Assembly: GCA_051362555.1 (NCBI GenBank)
Contig: CM120644.1
Coordinates: 5,216,954 to 5,280,953 of the forward strand
Length of the DNA stretch: 64,000 nt
Reading direction: 5' to 3'
Source of the DNA: Lingula anatina
Taxonomy: Eukaryota > Animalia > Brachiopoda
The notes under the pieces are model-generated. The model made no database searches. It saw only the letters and a program-made list of their open reading frames with translations, and was not told the DNA's origin. The stretch's first letter is position 1; every line of letters begins with the position of its first letter. This document shows, piece by piece, positions 52,501 to 64,000 of this stretch. The translations under genes and the position numbers were made by a program.

Positions 52501-54418
52501 TTACTAATTAATGTGATTATTGAGGTACGAATTGTATACTTTCCTTCGAATCAGGAACATGCAGTTTGGGGCTGAACAATCAATAATTTAAATTGACTTA
52601 ATTGTCCAAAATTACTGTTACTCGCAGTAATGTTGATAATTATATCTTGAACTGTGTAAGTCTATAGGTTCTGGCAAATGTAATCTCAGTGGCCGATTGG
52701 TAAACTTAAAAACAAGTTCATGGTGTATTTATTATAATCATATACGAGAATGATTAGGCATGTTATGGACAATAAACTTCTCTGTGACAGACAATCGGGT
52801 TTCCTGAGTGGACACAGCACAGAATATCAATTGCTATCGATTGATAATCTGATTAAGGACAATTTCAGAAATGGTCTTGATACTAGAGGTATTTTCCTCG
52901 ATTTTGCTGCTGCATTTGACAGCGTACCTCACAGTCTCTTATTGCTGAAACTTATATCCTATGGTTTTAGAGGTAAACTGCACTCTCTTTGGTCTCTTAT
53001 CTGAACAATAGGAAAATCAGAGTGCGCATAAACGGTACCCTTTCAAAGGTCTCCGAGACAAACTTCATCAATACCAGTGTTCCGCAAGGAAGTATACTCG
53101 GCCCGCTTCTATTTCTTCTGTATATAAATGACCTACCTGATGGTCTTATCTCACACTGCTTCATATATGCTGATGATACTTCGATTTTCCTCCCGTCTAC
53201 CCAGGACAACAGGAAAGCTCATGACATTCTCCAGTCTGATATCTCATACTTTGAAGCATGGTCAGTGAAGTGGAAATTATTTTTTTAACCAAAAAAGTGC
53301 AATGAAGTGATTTTTACTACGAAAAAAGAAAATGTAGAAACGTACAGTCCACTTATTCTATGCAACACGGATATAACACAGAAAAAATACCACAAACACC
53401 TTGGGTTTATTCTTGATCATAAACTTGACTGTTCCGAGCATATTACTTATACTTTAAGCAAGGCCCAAAGTGCCCTAAATCCTTTAAAATCGCTTTCTAA
53501 AACTCTACGATCTAAGCATCTTAACATACTTTACAATGCGTACATATCTCCTTTGCTTGATTATTGCGATGTTCTCTATAGCACTGCGTCTCCACATAAC
53601 CTATCAAAGCTATCCTCCCTCCAATATCAAGCTGGACTTAATATACTGGGGGCCCTTCCTGGCTCAGATCGCTGTAAAGTACTGAAACAGCTGAACTGGG
53701 TTTCACTAGAGGAACGTGCTACCATGCTACCTCTACGGACAACATCTAAAAGAGACTACATAATTCCCTCTAAATTCACATACAAAGGTCCAGAACACTT
53801 TTTGATGACAAGCTGGGATGAACTAAACACCACTCAAAAAAAATCTTCCTTCTGCATCCTCCCTCAAGTATAACCTTAGAAATGAAACCTTCCCAGCAAC
53901 AATGTCCACCACCCATCTGAAGCTTCCGAGACAAAATGAAAAAATCCTAAATAAGGCCCGGGTCGATTTGTTATTACAGCCCAACTATATGACCACAACT
54001 GGACAGCTATGGCTTCTCCCAACTGTTTATGTGGGAAACCCGGAACCATCCGACATTTTTTCTTTCAATGCCCACTGAAACAGAGAAAATATCGTGATCT
54101 CTACAAATCTGTTGAAGATATACTTGGTGTAACTTATGCATATTTCAGAACCCAACTAGATAAGATATCCCTCTTCCTACATGGCCATAAAACACTAACA
54201 TCTGGACAAAACGACAAAATTTTCGAAATAGTGTCGGATTTCTTAATCAAAAATGTCTGAATCTTCTTCCATTCCTGTTCTGGTGCCTACCACTCTCTCC
54301 TGATGTCTCTCTCCTGATGGCCTATCGCCCCTTCCCCCCATAATTACCTTTCCCCCATGCCCTGTCCCTCACTCCCCTCTAATGCCACTCATGTCCTCGT
54401 CACTGTCTTTTTCTTAAA

Positions 54419-54455
<37 letters not shown>

Positions 54456-55151
54456 TAATTTCAAAGGTGAGCATATAATGCCTAGGCGAATTGCCACCTT
54501 TATTAATACTTTATCAATATTTAACCCTCTTGAGAATAAAGATGTTTAAAAAAATTATAATTATATGTATGTAAAATAAGTAGTTTGTAGATAAAAAATT
54601 GAATTTATCTCCACCTGGGTAACCCTTGCTTAATGAAGTTCAATTTAATCGAAATACCAGGCTCTTATTTACAAAATAGATGCTTGCTAAATGTATGCAA
54701 ATAGCATTTACTGGTAAAAAACGTCTTCACCCATTTTGTACAAATAAGACCTCTTCTGAATTTTGCTTAAATCTTTTTTGACCAAGAGGTCGGCATTAAA
54801 CGGCACATTGCATGCTTTTTTACAGCGTGCCTTAACAGTCGTTTTACGTTAATACTCGATCCCCTTTGAATAGAATTTGTCTGTTATCATATATAAATAA
54901 TGTTTTTGTCACACAGCATACGCAAACGTATGCACACGAACTATCGAGTTATGCAAAATCTCAAGCACATCTGTATACCAATGGCCAAGGATTTCATGTT
55001 GGTTGTGATTTCCTTTGTCTCTTGCTGATAACATATGATCCCCGCTATGTTGTTTCTGATACTATTAAGGTGGTACTTGACTCCTTGATTCTTCATTATT
55101 GTCCAGATTTTGCTTACGTTTCTTCTGTACTTTGGGATATAATTCTCTTCT

Positions 55152-55230
<79 letters not shown>

Positions 55231-56213
55231 GTAATTTATGTAATGTTACAAAATTTGGAACACACGTCAGACATAAAAAACATGTTTTGCTACAGCAAGA
55301 AGGACGCATACTCAAATTAATCATCCGCTATAAATAATATTACCTAGCTGTGGCATGCTGCACCAAAATTACGTGTCAAATATCAGAGAAATCACCTTGA
55401 CCCTTAACAAAGGTATTTTCAGCAAAACAATAAAAAAGGGAACCTACAGGTATCACAAGGTGGAAGGTTGTATCCTTTAACCTTTACTTTGCACTTGCAA
55501 TTATTCCCTTCACAAACTAGCCGAATTGACACATTTGTTTTTTTTTTTTTGGTCATATACAGCTTAACATAATAGTTTCCACATTCTTTTTATGTGTCGA
55601 AATATATAATTTAACATTTAAGCAAATCGTTTCATTGGGACTAATGTTCCGAGTTTTGGGAACAGGCTGTAGGACCATCATTACTTGAAAACGAGGTCCT
55701 AAGTTCCTAAGACTTACGTGTATAAATGTATTCTATGTATATGTCACAGGCCCAGGCCAAATCTAGTCCTATGCCTAAGAAGCCCAGATCCCATCTTAAT
55801 TAAGTCCTGACTGGGCCCAGTCTTAATGTCTGCATTTTTAACAGCAAAATGGGCAATTTAATTGACCAAGTTAATTGGCCAAGCTACCAGTGTGTTCGTA
55901 TGGCATGTGTAGGGGTTGTCTTAGATCAAGGCACACGTTATGATACTTACAGGTGTGGCAAATGAGATATAGTTGTATTTCATTACGTGTAATTTGTAAA
56001 ATACATCTGAGGATGATATATATTAAAGATGCTTAATGTTCAAAGAAAAGGTGTAAAGATTGATTTAGTAACATTCAGAAATGTAAAATTAAAGGTGGGC
56101 TGCCAAATGTTAGTGTATTATTTTAATTAGATTTAATTTAATTTAATTATCTAAGTTTTGTACAGATTATAGGAAATGTCTGCGCAATAATATTCTGTTA
56201 ACCTTTTTGGAAA

Positions 56214-56278
<65 letters not shown>

Positions 56279-59200
56279 CTTAAGGATCAGCCTAATCTCA
56301 GTCAATGCAACTTGTTGTCCACCTGAGTTTTTAGATTTGGCCTGGGCCTGTGACATATACATTCCGACTGGATCGCTAACATGCATATTATATTATATTA
56401 TATTATATTATATTATATTATATTATATTATATTATATTATATTATATTATATTATATCAGGTACTTCAAGCGATCCTTATCAGCGCCTCGGCACAAAGT
56501 GGAGGTTTAAAGCCAGGGGTCAGGCTCGTTGACCCAGCGAGCGTGACCTTGTACTCGTGCGACACAGGGGACATTTATGACAGTAGCACGTGGGTTCTTG
56601 TATATCCTGACGGAACGGGGCAAGTTGAAGTGAACAACACCATAAGTAGCAGACAGGCAGGAGGTTTGATGCACAAAATTAACGCCGTACAGGAAGTTGG
56701 TGAGTTACCTTTGTAAGCCTCATGGGGGCATTTAACGCATTTTAAATAATTTTGGCTGAATCATAGGTGACATCATAATTCTGTGATAAATAACAAAGTC
56801 ATGCACAAATCAAGAAGTAAGAGTTGAAAGAATGAAATAATTTTGAAAACTCTTCTTATGTCATCTATTTTAAAAAGAGTTAAAAAGAGTGAAAGAAAAA
56901 GTTAAAAAAAACGAAAAACATATTTTAGTTTTAGGTATTAACTCCGCCAATTAGGTTTTGTTTTCACATTTGTATGTCTATCTGTTTGTTTCTCCCCAGC
57001 CTAACTGAAAAAGTAATGAATTTTGATGAAGTTTCCACAGTAGGTCATATTTTGTGTAGCTTAAAAATATATGTCCCATGGTATAATTATTATTCAACTA
57101 AATATAGTTATCAAATAAAATTGTTTGTCTGTAAGTAATATTGTTCAAAAGGTTCTAGAGGGATTGTGACTAAATTTTCAGGAAATGTCAGAAATGAGCA
57201 GTATTTGGGTGCTGATTGAGCAGTTATTAATTAAAAAGATTTAGTTTGTGGATGAGTTAAACAATTTAAAGTTAATTAATCAAATGATACGCTGTGATTA
57301 TTAATGATAATGGGGATTTAGTTCATAGATTAGTAAATGAAACTTACTTATAATAATGAGAATTAAGTAACCTTGGCTGAGGTCTGCGCTCTTTGAGTGT
57401 TTTTCTAGCGTTGTATATTAAATGTTTCTGTTTTCAGGCACCTACCTTTTTATGTTAGCCTCTGTGGCGGAACTGGAGGACATCTTTGAATACATGAACG
57501 AATCCCAAGAAACACAAACTATAGAGAGAGTAACGAGACCCGAGGCAGAAGAATTTATACCAGATCCAAACCTTGTAGAATCTCTGATCAACTATACATT
57601 TTCAAATGATAACTTTACTCTCAGTGGATCAGCTGTCAATGTGACAGAGTCCCCTGAACTGAGCGGAACTGTTCCAGGTGTTGGAGCACACAACTTTGTA
57701 CCGGAAGGAGAAAATGTGCTTGTTTTTACAGGTAACATACTTCGTGCAATATGCATTTGATAGTTTACCGAAAACTAAACGTTGTTAAGATATCAACAAA
57801 CAGTAACTGTTTATAATGTTAAATTCCCGTATTCTCAGAAAGTTCTATTTAATGAGCTCACTATTTACTCATATGTGTCGCTTTATATTTCAGGCTTATG
57901 AAAAGAAAAAGGAACATCGCCTTCAAATGTACCATGAAATTCCGTTTATATTTGCTGAATATTATTACATAAATACAGTTGTTTTACCAAAAACCTTTAA
58001 AATATGGTTTTCTGGAGGCCTTCCATTTATCTGGGGATTGAAAGCAATGTAATATTTTGTAACTATTGGGGTTAATTAAATAAACTACATTTAAAAGCAA
58101 AGCTTGTTTAATATTTCTAGGACAGAACGTGTGGAAGTGCGCTGGCCACAGGTACAGTGACAGTGAGGGCAATGAGCACGTGATGTACTATCTCGTGATG
58201 CCAAGTGACCAGAGCAAAAATGCTACTGAGGGTGACATCTTGGTGGGTTCTGAAAGCAGAGGATTTCTGGAAACTGTGACCCACATCGACCGAACAGGAG
58301 GAAAGTACTTTGTGCATTCCGATCTACTGTTTTGTGGAGACCTGGAGGAAAATGCAATAGAGCTAATGTGAGGTTTTATTTTGTTTCGAACTGTGGAATA
58401 AGGTTGTAATACATTTCACATGTTCTCATTTCCCAGATGAATTCTGACTTTTAGCAAGCCAAATATTTCTTGGTAAATCTCTGTTAATTTTGCTATAGCT
58501 TACGATACTTGAAAATTGAAAACATATAGGCAATAGAACTGTTCACTTACAGCATAAGATGTTTTATTCAAAACTGCCAAATCAGTTTGAGTAAGTCTAC
58601 CGATTTATGTCTTGAGAAAAGGAAAACATTCGCATATTATCAAGTACTGAATGAGTTTAAATTTGGTCGAATCTTTATTTGATTAATATATATACAACAG
58701 TAGATGGCTACTTTAAATTCAAACGGAAAAGAAACATACGGTTTTGTTTTAGTGTCACTGATATCGACATGCCAGAATCTGCAATGTTTTGTCAAGGTGG
58801 TGACGGGATACCAGGACTTCACGTAAATAACCAATCAGCTGCTGTCAATAATGGTGACGTCATTGCCGGGCGGCGATCTGGCGCATTTGCTGCAAAGGTA
58901 TATAAATCGTATTAATAAATTAATTTTTGCTTAATTTGTTTTGCAAAAAAAAATTTCTTTGTGCCAAATATGTGCATACATGTACATGTTTTCATGTATT
59001 TTATATTCTACGTTCCATTTCTAAGTACATCATTCTAAGATATGGAAACGTTTTTCAGGCAATCAGATGCAACACATCGGGTATTTATACCGTTTGTGAA
59101 GTGACGCCTATTTTGGAAATTGCCAGCAATGAAATCATATTAGCCAGCTCTAATCTTCCAACAGCAAAGGGTAACCGAGTTAAAAGAGGGACATACACGT

Positions 59201-62200
59201 TCACACCCGCTGATTTTACTAAAATGTTTTCAGCCACCCTGGGGCAAATCAAGGTGAAAAGCCTATACATGTACTAAAACTACAGCATGTAATTAAATAT
59301 TGTTTGGAAAGCGTGTACATTTTTAAACAGTTATAGAGGTTGAATTATTAAGTCAGCATTATTATTCGTCCAATTATTATTCTTGAACACAATTTGTAAA
59401 AGTAGCTTCATCATGTAAATTTTTTAAAGAAGTTCGTTTATAGCCAATAATTGTTTTACAAACGTTTCAGTTTCCCTGTGGGAAGTTTACTGCGACTGCC
59501 GCAGCGACGTTTAAGGCATCATTGACTACCAGTCTGACTACGAAGTGCTCTGCTCCTTTTATCAAAAAGGTCCGTGCAGCAATCTCTGCCTCTTTGACGT
59601 TAACTTTAACGCTGAGACTTGACATCGAATGCAGGTAAGAGACTATCAAATTTGGCACTAAAGGACAACAGCTGGCGATATGTACACGGGTGTTCACTAT
59701 CATAGCGCTGGCTCATCTCTACAAGAATCGTGTGACGAAAGGCAATCATCACATAACTGAGCTGCGTTGTATCAAGTAAATTTTACTGTGAAACTATTTG
59801 CAATTGAGCTCTCCGCATGACGGAAGTCGGAGCTGCTTAGGGTTGGATTCGTCAGTCGGTATCTTTCCTTCGAATACTGGTTCGGTACCTACAGGCCGTA
59901 GAGCGCACGTGCACTTTTTGTTGTGAATCCCATAATCAAGTCATTATCTCAACACACGTCATCGTCTAACCCTCCTCACAATATTGACATCAATTAAAAA
60001 AAAATTAGAAAGCTTTTATTCCGTATACCAAGGAGTATAGCAACGGTTGTGTTGGTGGTGTTGAACACTCACTGAGTTTATGCTAGTACACGCTGGTTAT
60101 TTCATCGGATTTTAGCCGAAGAAGAAATTTTAATCATTGTGTCAATCAATTGGCAAAAATTGCATTCAGACCATGATCAGCGGGTAATCATGGCTCATCT
60201 GAACAAGAGAAATGTACACTTATACCTCTTATTATTAACATTTTTTACGATAATAACTCTTAAAAAGAATAAATAACAAGTTAGTTCTATAAACAAGCTT
60301 GTCTTGCTATTTCAGTTATACATTATCGGGCCCTGACAACCCGAAGTATAACCATCCAATCGACAACAAAGTCATCGTCCCATTCTGTATACCTATTTTT
60401 TGGGGTATATGCATTCCTGCTGCCGTTGTTGCCGATTTGACCGTGGGATACACGTTCACTGCTCAGGTAAATTGTTTGAGGAAGAGAACATTTATGTCTA
60501 TCCGTATGTTAGTATATCATTTATTTTTTCTTGTTTAGCTCCCACTTTACCGTTTAACACTTTTGGTTGTTATTGCCTTACCGCAGAACTTGGAGAGTAT
60601 ACTGTTCTTGGTTCAAAACTCGTTTTCAGGCCAAAGGATTTGTGTCACTTACATTGGAACGCACGGGCAATCTCAGCGCCTCTGCCCAGTGGGATGACTC
60701 TAGTGGCATGTCTTTCTCTGGTCCGACAGTAAGTTATGATTTAACAGTGTTAATGTAGACTGCATAGGTACTATTGTTCAAAGGGTTGTCCCACCTTCAT
60801 GCAATCCCATGTACTTTTATTGTAAACAAATTAGCACTTGACAGCTGTAAAGCATTTTGAAATAATGTTTGTTATTACAAGTACATATACCATAGCTGAT
60901 ATGACTCAAGGTAAGACAAACAAAAGACCCTTTAAGAAGGTAAAAAAGAAATATTCCCATCACCAAGATTATGTTCAATTATCTGAGTGACATATGGGTG
61001 TTGTTTTTTTTTTTACCTATTCATCTTACTCCATGTCGAGTAAGGGACTAATTTCATTAAGCCATGAACATGTGTGCAAGGATTGAACGAAAACATAAAC
61101 CTGCACATACTTTGAAGTAATTCATTACGTCAGTTTTTGCAGAAACATAATATCGCAAGAATTTCATGACATAAACTCAGTTTATGAACTGTAAAACATT
61201 GATAAAGTTGATTAATTAAGGTGTATGTAACCACTGAAACGTACCATACAAGGATGATTTTTGTAGTGTTCTTACAAATCTCGTGTTACCTTCCATAGTT
61301 TTCGTTGACCCCGATGACCAAAAACTTCAATGGTGGGCTGGAAAATGACGAGACCTTTGTCCGAGCACAACTTACGATAACCCCAGCGTTGAAAGTACAT
61401 GTTCCAAACATGGCTAAAATTGAGCGCATCATACGAGCCGCATCTTGTTGGATTAAATGGTGGTTGAAAGATCTGTTTGGGGAAGGAGCATCGATCAGTA
61501 AGTTATTTTGGGGGGATTTTATTTTAAGAAATATCATTTATGAGTCAATTAACTGAATTTGTGACTGCATTTTTTATTTTGCAAAAAATAAATAAATAAT
61601 ACTAAGAAACTTTAAGATCGCGGCTGCCCAATATGTTACCAGCTAAGATACTAAAAATACTAAAAGAATGGTAAATTAACATATAGTTTAGAATTTGGTT
61701 ACAATATGCTGACTGCCACCTTTGCACATTAGGTTTATATTTTATATATTACATTTATATATATGTTATATTTGTACCTTTTTAATCGATCTTCAGACTG
61801 AGGCACGAACCTTTGTGTGTTTTGCAAAATAAATAACATAAAAAAATAACCCATCTCTTCGTTGAATCAGACATAGATCCGATTCTTGAGTTCGTCCTAT
61901 CAGCACCACTGATAGGCAGAGCAGAGGCCTTTACATGTCCTAGTGACTGCGAGAATTACCCTGATGAAAATATTAAAGTGGCAGCTCACGCGGGACTTCC
62001 CGAGAGTTATAACGGAGACCTGTACATCCGGGTACCTCTTACAAAGTTTGTAAAAACTTATAAACTGTTTGAAATGAAAGGAAACCATTTTGATGGCAGG
62101 TGAGCACCAACGTCTGTTGACAATGCATGGTTTTATCTTTTATAGTTGGAAATTCAAAGATGATCGTTGCTGTGATTCAGATACTTAAAAACATTTTGAT

Positions 62201-64000
62201 GACTAAGATTTGCAAAAACAGTATATTTTTGGTATTTTCTGTTGCTTAGGAAGCAGAACCTACATTCTGGGTAAAGAACACGTATTTCTGCGTTTTTTGA
62301 TTCAGTAGCGTAAAAATATCATTGGTTACAATTTAAATGCCTTAGTAACTGCTTGACTTTAAATGTGCTGTTTTATATAGAAGATAGTAGCCAATGGTTT
62401 AAACATTGTCAGACACTACCAAGAAACATTTGAATATTATTTGAATATTATCTTCAGAACGAATAATCCAGATTAACACATTCATATACTATCTGCATAT
62501 GCCACATGTAAGGGTGTCTCGTTTAAAACATAAATTAGCCTTACAAACCATCTAACTTAAAGCATCGATACATTATTTTTGTTACAGAAAGTGCCTGGAA
62601 TGGAATCCCTTTCCGCCATGTGTTTGGATGACGACACCTGCCATAAATAAAACAACACTTGATGACATTCCTTATAAGACAATTCCCCTATCACCCACTG
62701 CTATAAAAATCACTACCACACCCACTGCAATAACATACACTACCACACCCACTGATATAACAAACACTAGCACACCCATTGCAATGACATACACTACCAC
62801 ACCCACTGAAATGACAGACACTACCACACCCACTGATATAACAAACACTACCACACCCACAGATATAACAAACACTACCACACCCACACATATAACAAAC
62901 ACTACCACACCCACTTCAATGACAAACACTACCACAGCCACTGATATAACAAACACTACCACATCAACTGATATAACAAATACTACCACAGCCACTGATA
63001 TAACAAATACTACCACATCCACTTATATAACAAACACTACCACACCCACTTATATCACAAACACTACCACACCCAATGGTATAACAAACACTACTACACA
63101 CACTGCAATAACATACACTACCACAGCCTTGGATATAACAAACACTACCACATCCACTTATATAACAAATACTACCACGCCCACTGATATAACAAAAACT
63201 ACCACACCCACTGCAATGACATACACTACCACAACCACTGCTGTAACAGACAGTACCACACCCATGAATATAACAGCCACTCCCACACCCACTGATATAA
63301 CAAACATTACCACATCCACTGATATAACAATTACTACCACACCCACTTATATAACAAACACTACCATACCCAATGGTATAAGAAACAGTGCTACACCCAC
63401 TGATATAACAAACACTACCATATCCACTGATATAACAAACACTACCACACCCACTGATATAACAAACACTACCACACCCACTACAATGACATACACTACC
63501 ACAGCCACTGATATAACATCCACTGATATAACAAATTCTACCACACCCCCTGCAATGACATACACTACCACAGCCACTAATATTACAAACACTACCACAC
63601 CCAATGGTATAACAAACACTACAACATCCACTGATATAACAAATACTACCACACCCACTACAATGACATACACTACCACATCCACGGATATAACTAACAC
63701 TACCACATCCACTGAATTAACAAATACTACCACACCCACTACAATGACATACACTACCACAGCCACTGATATAACAAACAATACCACATCCACTGATATA
63801 ACAAATACTACCACATCCACGGATATAACTAACACTACCACATCCACTGAATTAACAAATACTACCACACCCACTACAATGACATACACTACCACAGCCA
63901 CTGATATAACAAACACTACCACATCCACTGAATTAACAAATACTACCACACCCACTGCAATGACATACACTACCACTGCCACTGATATAACAAACACTAC
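49533..64000 (+). CDS. Large secreted protein, copy 2, with mucin-like Thr-rich repeat (3' end outside window)
   Basis: Proposed first exon 49533-49580 (MDVNASKHQKIMSYLL, donor G|GTAAGT, TATA-like ATATATAA at about 49507). Then exons 56462-56699, 57438-57731, 58121-58367, 58753-58897, 59059-59253, 59471-59634, 60316-60466, 60630-60728, 61299-61497, 61871-62099 and 62588 to the window end. Phases are consistent and no stop was seen. The first exon is the least certain part. Confidence 0.82.
51394..51659. mobile_element. MITE with CCC termini (EnSpm/CACTA-like)
   Basis: TIR CCCGCACGAAAATGCAGTAG / CTACTGCGCTTTCTTGCGGG, 2-bp GA/GA flanks, and internal TGCAGTAG subterminal repeats. Confidence 0.65.
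52744..54560 (+). mobile_element. 5'-truncated, frameshifted non-LTR retrotransposon (CR1/L2-type reverse transcriptase)
   Basis: RT motifs QSGF..GHSTE, FLDFAAAFDSVPH, VPQGSILGPLLFLLYINDL, YADD and HKHLG, plus C-terminal SPNCLCG...HFFFQCP, split over four ORFs. Followed by a 3' UTR, AATAAA and a short A tail. Candidate TSD ATTATAAT(C/T)ATAT at 52731 and about 54553. Confidence 0.92.
55735..56362. mobile_element. Element with 31-bp terminal inverted repeats
   Basis: ATGTATATGTCACAGGCCCAGGCCAAATCTA (55735) and TAGATTTGGCCTGGGCCTGTGACATATACAT (ends 56362); contains a (TA)n run. Confidence 0.7.
56385..56458. repeat. (ATATT)n pentanucleotide microsatellite
   Basis: Perfect run immediately before the CAG acceptor at 56459-56461. 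Confidence 0.95.
62692..64000 (+). repeat. Coding 27-bp tandem repeat (consensus peptide PTDITNTTT), more than 45 units
   Basis: CCCACTGATATAACAAACACTACCACA units, in frame with the exon starting at 62588; continues past the window end. Confidence 0.95.

Noticed and set aside
49433-55383. 16-bp inverted match ATATTTGACACGTAAT as TIRs of a 6-kb element
   Set aside because: AT-rich, no target-site duplication, and the right arm is about 1 kb from the paralog-defined boundary.
62672-63997. Val-rich minus-strand ORFs resembling membrane proteins
   Set aside because: Antisense shadows of the Thr-rich coding repeat on the plus strand.

Overview
AT-rich, intron-containing animal genomic DNA, most consistent with an invertebrate. 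No rRNA, true tRNA or CRISPR features were found. Spliced models were read by hand from GT-AG junctions. (1) A 3-exon, 125-aa secreted protein with a Tyr/Pro/Gln-rich segment and one TSP1 domain (1933-6455, +). (2) Three intact 3-exon clan-2-type cytochrome P450 genes: A 7910-10294 (-) head-to-head with B 11304-14429 (+), and C 39699-43154 (+). A fourth copy at about 46586 has had its whole gene body deleted. (3) A 5-exon METTL27/WBSCR27-like SAM methyltransferase (17477-20287, +). (4) Two paralogs of a large secreted protein of unfamiliar architecture: three internal repeats, a furin-like site, a beta-rich domain with a Cys-bracketed hydrophobic loop and a Trp-rich amphipathic helix, and a Thr-rich linker, followed in copy 1 by a VWD domain. 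Copy 1 (25414-35208) has a 1-nt frameshift and lacks the first exon seen in copy 2. Copy 2 (49533 to beyond 64000) has the linker expanded into a mucin-like 27-bp repeat. The window is best explained as a tandem duplication of a CYP-methyltransferase-secreted protein cassette, followed by reciprocal deletions, gene-conversion patches and many transposon insertions (Tc1, LINE, tRNA-derived SINE, Harbinger-like MITEs, Kolobok-like remnants). All homology calls are by motif recognition only; no searches were run.
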